A stretch of DNA of 44,146 bases from Catajapyx aquilonaris (lineage: Eukaryota), in NCBI GenBank assembly GCA_000934665.2, contig JYFJ02003269.1, positions 1 through 44,146 of the forward strand. Reading direction: 5' to 3'. The notes beneath the pieces are model-generated. The model did not search any database. It was not told the origin of the DNA and was given only the letters and a program-made list of their open reading frames with translations. Positions within the stretch are counted from its first letter, which is position 1, and the number at the start of each line of letters is the position of its first letter. Shown piece after piece: positions 38,736-44,146 of this stretch. Both the position numbers and the translations under genes were made by a program.

Positions 38736-39170
38736 GTAAGTAAGCCATATTATAAGCTTATTAATTTATAGTAGTCAGAAGGTTTCTCATATCATCTGCC
38801 CTGAACTGTAACATTCACATGTAATTAAAAGTTCAACAGATCCTGAATAAATTAATCACTTAAATGGCTTAAAGCATATTTAGACAGCATTGCAACAATG
38901 CAATATATTGCAAGTTCAACCTCAATCGATTCTGAGCCACAGCATCCTAGTCCCTCCTTGAATTTCCACAACTCTGCTACACTGGTTACACTCTTAGAGT
39001 AATTTCCTACTTAGGAATTAGTTTGGTTTAGGATGAAATGAGGCTGACTAAAATAATCCCAGAAAATAATGCAACAAAAATGTTAGTAAATCAAACCCTA
39101 CCAGTAACTCTAAAATATTCTCACAATTGATGTGCAAAACTCTTCTTTTTTTTAAAATTATTTTAAACAG

Positions 39171-39298
39171 ATACCAAAGGAGCACTACACAGAAGTCGTT
39201 GAGTATGTTCGGCTCAAGCTCAAAAGTGATGCCTTCTCAAGGTATGATCGAGAGGATACCATCAATCGATTAGAATCATGGGAATCAATACGCCTCAA
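39171..39298 (+). CDS. p53: p53 exon: oligomerisation helix (IPKEHYTEVVEYVRLKLKSDAFSRYDREDTINRLESWESIRL)
   Basis: Acceptor ttttaaacag after a T-rich tract, open in phase 0, amphipathic helix pattern, donor caa|gtaaat. Confidence 0.8.
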
Positions 39299-39376
39299 GT
39301 AAATATTTCAATGATTATATTGTACAATACATGTTCTTATATAATGAAGGGTCATAAATATCTCTCCCTGTTTCAG

Positions 39377-39401
39377 AATGGAAGAAAAGTACAAAAGATG
39401 A
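39377..39401 (+). CDS. p53: p53 last coding exon ((K)MEEKYKR*)
   Basis: Strong acceptor tctctccctgtttcag after a 78-nt intron; the phase-2 join gives TGA at 39399-39401. Confidence 0.6.
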
Positions 39402-39949
39402 GCTGTGAATATTGCACACCAACAAGGACAGAAGCGTAGCCAAAGGTGTTGTAGTGCTTCTGACTGAGATGGACAGACATGAATAGCTGGCTTTAATTCA
39501 GTGCAACTTCAATATCCAGCTTGCACAGGTGTTGTCCATAAAGTATGTCATACTAATTTTCAGATTTTTTTCTCCCTGCTTACCTGCCATACAGTCATGC
39601 TGGGGCAGTATGGTACCATACTGTATGTCATATATGTACCTCCAAACTCTCTATCCCCATGTCACACCATGAAGCTGGTACGCTATCAGCTTTCTACTGT
39701 GATATACTTGATGGACAACTCCATGTGGCAAGCTTTGAGCATTCCAAAACCCAAATGTGAGTGTCTCAGTTCAATGTTTGAACGTTATTTTTTTCATACA
39801 ACAGAAGCAAAGGCGAAAATGTTGTATGCAATTGTGTACTGCGCCTTGAGACAATTCATGAGTTTTTCTGACTTCATTACCATTACTAATCAGATGGCAG
39901 CACGTTGACGGCATCTTTAGTTAAAACGTAAACACAGCCTAATTCCTGC

Positions 39950-39955
39950 AATAAA
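39950..39955 (+). terminator. Candidate p53 polyadenylation signal AATAAA
   Basis: First AATAAA I found after the stop codon, about 550 nt downstream. Confidence 0.35.
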
Positions 39956-40152
39956 CATGGCAGTAGGACGGAGTTGGATTGCTAAAGGAAACCAAAGGTG
40001 CAACTGGCATCCAAGTTGTTGGCCAGAAAAAAGTTGATTTTCAGCTGAGTTACAATGCAGTATGACGTGAAGGGCAGCCATATTTTTAGCCATTTTTAGA
40101 TCAGAGCCATAATTTGAACCAGTGGCAGCCCCCAGTCACTCGTATACCTTAT

Positions 40153-40340
40153 ACATTGCTCCCCCTGTGTGCTTAGCTCTTATCTCCCACCAAGGGGGAT
40201 TTACCACAGTGATGCTAGAATCATGCACCAAGAAAGGTGGCGGCGCCACCTATCTTGGTGCATGATCCTAGTGCCACTGTGCCAAACCCCCCTTGGCGGG
40301 GGAAATCAGCTAAGCTCGCAAAAATGGGGGGGAATAATGT
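40153..40340. repeat. ~190-bp near-perfect palindrome (probable hairpin MITE)
   Basis: Left arm acattgctccccc...atcatgcaccaagaaaggtggc pairs with right arm gccacctatcttggtgcatgat...ggggaataatgt around a 3-nt loop at 40242-40244. Confidence 0.85.
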
Positions 40341-40587
40341 TTATTCACCAATATAAGCCAGAATTTATTTTATGATAGTGCATATTTCTGATGACCTCAG
40401 CATGAACCTACTGTCAAAAACAGCCTAGGTGGCTTTATAAAAGTTGTTCTGTTAATAACAAACAGCAGGATATTGTTCTGTACAAGTATATGTGAAATTT
40501 TTCGGAAGTGCATTTTATTCAAGAATATCATGTTGATGTTCATGAATCAGCACTGGCAGATATGGAGATAGTTTTTATTTATTTATA

Positions 40588-40670
40588 CAATATAACCCCA
40601 ATTATCCATCACCCATGGGACTGGGGCATCATCGGATAACCGAAAAGGTCGGATAATCGGGGTTCTATTG
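40588..40670. mobile_element. 83-bp pogo/Tigger-like MITE
   Basis: TIRs caatataaccccaattatcc / ggataatcggggttctattg (20 bp, 2 mismatches), TA on the left and CA on the right, internal cggataa repeat. Confidence 0.65.
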
Positions 40671-40719
40671 CATATAATTTTGTGTTTTAAATATATTAAA
40701 GAAATATATGTATTACCAA

Positions 40720-41025
40720 GGGGAGACGGAGTGGCGCCGCGGTAACTTGCGCGCGCGCCCACGGATGTTAAGGTCCCGGGTTCGATCCCAGCCCGGGGAC
40801 ACCCCCTTCATCTCGTGCAGAGGTCGGTCACCTCTGGCTTCGTCTCGGGTGGTATACAGACTAAACCACCCGGGAGAGCTCACTAAAAATGGCCACACGT
40901 CAGATGCACTGCACTTGCACATCCCCTCCCGTCATCCTGCTCGTGGGCCCGGGCGCTTCAATAATAGGATTCCCAGAATTGTCCACCATCACAATAAAGG
41001 TCTGGCAAAAAAACCCCTATGGGGT
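40720..41025 (+). mobile_element. tRNA-derived SINE (3' end approximate)
   Basis: A box tggcgccgcgg (40732-40742) and B box ggttcgatccc (40779-40789), then a GC-rich body in AT-rich flanks; no complete cloverleaf. Confidence 0.75.
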
Positions 41026-42004
41026 TAGCCGAATACCCAATCAATTATATGTATGTACAAGTATTACCACTAATATGAAAATGTGACTTTATAAAAGCAT
41101 TGTAAAAAGTTGACCTCATGTGATACCAATAAGAAATGTATTTTCAATATATTGAGGCTACATACATCTGACCTTAACCCAAATTATTTTAAGGGCGATA
41201 GCCCTTAAGTAAGACCGTAGCATAGATTTCAACAATGTTTCAACAATGAATTTTTCCTACTTGTTCTTGTTACGTTTTTTTTATTCGCCATAACTCAAGT
41301 TCTGCTGTAGGTAGAGCTTCCAAATTTTGAACACAGATCCCCACCGTCGTGACTTGATTTCCTACCATTTACACTTTTACTTAATTCCTCTTCAAAACGC
41401 CGCAAAAAATTTACAACCACCAAAAAATACGTCTCAATTTTTTTGCTCAATAACTATTCTGAATTCGGTTCCTTCTTCAACGGGCCGAAGATGCAGTAGG
41501 ATGGTGCGGATCTATGTTCAAAATCTCACAGTTCCACCTGCTGCAGGATTGGAGCTGTGATTTTTTTACCTCATATATTTTCTGTCATTACTTCATTTGT
41601 TCATGACGCCATCACCTAGAAACGTCAGTTGTTGTTTACCACCTCATATATTGTTGTGGATCAAAGGAGGACAAGATGAGCAACGCCGAGTCGTACTGTC
41701 GCCGTTGGGTTTTCACCCAACTTTAATGTACCTTTGCGTTTTTTGTATTGTCTGGTACAGTTCTCAATGTATATATTCCGTATATTTTAGCGTACAGGCT
41801 ATTTCATAATAATTAAATCAGACTAACCGTTGGCTGGTAGCACTCAACTTTCGTTTTTTTACGACTGTCTCTGTGAAAATAATTTTAGGGACTTCTAAGC
41901 GACGAAAATCGTCTCCAATGCATTCATAGTGCAGACTGTATAGTGTAGACACTGTAGAGCATAAGTTATGTGTATACCGGTGTATACTGTCAAAAAAGAG
42001 CTGA

Positions 42005-42769
42005 AATTAGATCAAAAACTTTCCCTTCAGTAAAAAAAAGAGAAGTAAGACCTCCGCGGCGGAATGAAAGTACTGAAACAAGGCAGGCGCATGTAAGACC
42101 TTCACCAATTGATTTAAGCTGTACCATAGGTCTTACTCAAGCAATTCTCAAGTACGGTATGGAACCGGCTCGTAAAATGACTGCTGCAAACTACTCAGAG
42201 CAGTAGGTAGGATTTTATTATGAAAAGAAAAAAATGGGGGAAAAACTAAACCCATCCTAACAGACTTGGTCCAATCGAAAAAGACCCTCTAAAATTCACC
42301 AATTAACGTTTATATGTGAAAAATGAAACGTTAGAGTTAAAATCAGCATCTAAAAGGGGTGCGCCGATTCTGCATGAATGCTTCATGGCAATAATTCGCA
42401 CTAATCGCAAAGAAATTCAATGTGCTTAATATTGAAGTTCCTAATTTCATAAAACACTAATATGGAGTGGCTCATGGAAAACTAATACTGCCAGCAAGAG
42501 CTAAGATACTTCTAACTTAGTAGTACCATTGCACTACACTGGTACTGCTAAGTTAGAAGTAACTAGTAGTACGACAGAAACTCCACAGATTTGTTTCAGA
42601 AAGGAGACTTCATGAGCAGTGAATAATTGGAAATTGCTTGAGTAAGACCTATGGTACAGCTTAAATCAATTGGTGAAGGTCTTACGTGCGCCTGCCTTGT
42701 TTCAGTACTTTCATTCCGCCGCGGAGGTCTTCTCTTTTTTTTACTGAAGGGAAAGTTTTTGATCTAATT
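42005..42769. mobile_element. Foldback-type non-autonomous element with ~140-bp inverted arms
   Basis: 42005-42146 is the near-exact reverse complement of 42632-42769 (one substitution and a short indel seen); no transposase ORF inside. Confidence 0.85.
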
Positions 42770-44146
42770 GCCTTTATAGTACACCTGACATCTTGCAAGT
42801 CCTTGTCATTTTGCCTTCCATAGTTATAATTCAATGATAACAATAATATTTATCATACGTACTGTACCGGTACCCTGCAAAAATGCATTGGGTTTGGTAA
42901 ATAGCCCCAAATCTCACGTATAATCTTTTTTAAAGTTATTGTAAAGGTTTTCAGAGTTAAAAATTCCCAATAATAAAACATATTTAGAGTTTACAGGAAG
43001 GAAATTACCAAGGTATAGTGTTAGCATGACCTTCAGTATTCCAATTTCATAGCTAACTGAAATCCCTCACGTCAAGATGCCAAGGTCAGTACGGTATATT
43101 TCATGAAAAGACTATCTCTGCAATAATTGTGTGGAAATTTCAACCATATGCTCTAGGTACGGGAGAAAAAATGGCACTGCCTTTGCCTAATCCCTAATGT
43201 ATGAATATGAACCAATTTACACAGACAATGACAGGTTGGCCCGTCTCATGAATAAATATTGAGGCCCACAGTGGAACAAGAGAAAACAATCCAAGTGAAC
43301 TTATATTCAGCAGGCTGTAGTGCAGGATTCAAAGGGCCTACCGGTATGATAAGCAGACCTAATGACGAGTTCCCTTCTTTCACCCGACGCAAAATGCTCC
43401 ATCCACCGACATCGACACTAGACAGGCGAGACAGGCACCACGGTTGACGACAGATCCATCCGTCACTGAACTAATTCGCAAAATGGCGGGATGAAGGGTG
43501 CGTCCGAAACCACATCCACGAGATCTCGCATTCGGACGTGCCTACTATTGGCACCTCAATTACTTACTTTGGTATATTTTAATGAAGCATTCGATCATAC
43601 AGTCTCCCGATTTTATTCCCTTTCCGTTTGGAAGTTTTGACCTCGTAATTTAGCGCGGGTCATCTGAGACCAATGCTGTTGGCACCACTTGCCGCGTTTT
43701 CGGACATTTTTCTCAACGGCCGGTTGCTTTCGAAAGGGAAGAAGGGGGAGAAAAGCGGGGCCCCCGAGGACAACCTCGGACGGACAACGTGACTGGACGG
43801 ACGGACGTCTGAGTCCATCTAGCGGCCAAAGATGAAAGTTTTCAGCTGATATATTTTGTTGTTATTGTGGCAGATGTCACCAGCGCAGCAGCAGCAGCAT
43901 TCCGATGCTTGTGATTACGATATTTATTCCAGTAATTTGATAGCTTGAGTAAAATCAGTAGTTATAATATAATTGATATTTATAATATATTTATATTTAA
44001 TCATTTCCTGTATTACGGGAAGCGGGCTGCCTGCATCATGCTCGACTTGCTGGCTGCTGCCATCTTGGATTTCGGTTGGAGGCTGTCACACGTTTCTCTG
44101 GTCACACACTGGTTTCTTCGCTGCTGTTCCGAGATCCTGCCGTCCG

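Noticed and set aside
40720..40800. Functional tRNA gene
   Set aside because: A and B boxes are present, but there is no proper acceptor or anticodon stem or T-run terminator, and a diverged copy occurs at 14929-14973; a SINE fits better.

Overview
Eukaryotic, almost certainly arthropod (probably insect), genomic DNA: mostly intronic/intergenic, with no prokaryotic operons, rRNA, intact tRNA or CRISPR array. Two spliced + strand genes are supported. (1) The 3' end of an aminergic GPCR resembling the invertebrate-type dopamine receptor Dop1R2/Dop2, which the ORF track does not translate in the correct frame: a 94-nt helix-8 exon at 17850-17943 (RAFARILCTCCPRRLRRRY...SQ) whose transmembrane exons lie upstream of the window, and candidate C-terminal exons at 25289-25411 and 25509-25622. 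Its TGA-C stop is followed by an in-frame, coding-like 87-codon extension and a GC-rich stem-loop, making it a stop-codon readthrough candidate. (2) A p53-family gene (~35044-39401) with an intact DNA-binding domain, NLS, divergent oligomerisation domain and no SAM domain in the modelled exons. Non-autonomous mobile elements cluster in and after p53: a TA-flanked MITE, a TTAA piggyBac-type MITE, a ~190-bp palindrome, a pogo-like MITE, a tRNA-derived SINE and a foldback element with ~140-bp arms. Gene identities rest on remembered family motifs, not database searches. I see no evidence for a wholly new multi-gene system; the best lead is the splicing-plus-readthrough diversification of the receptor C-tail.
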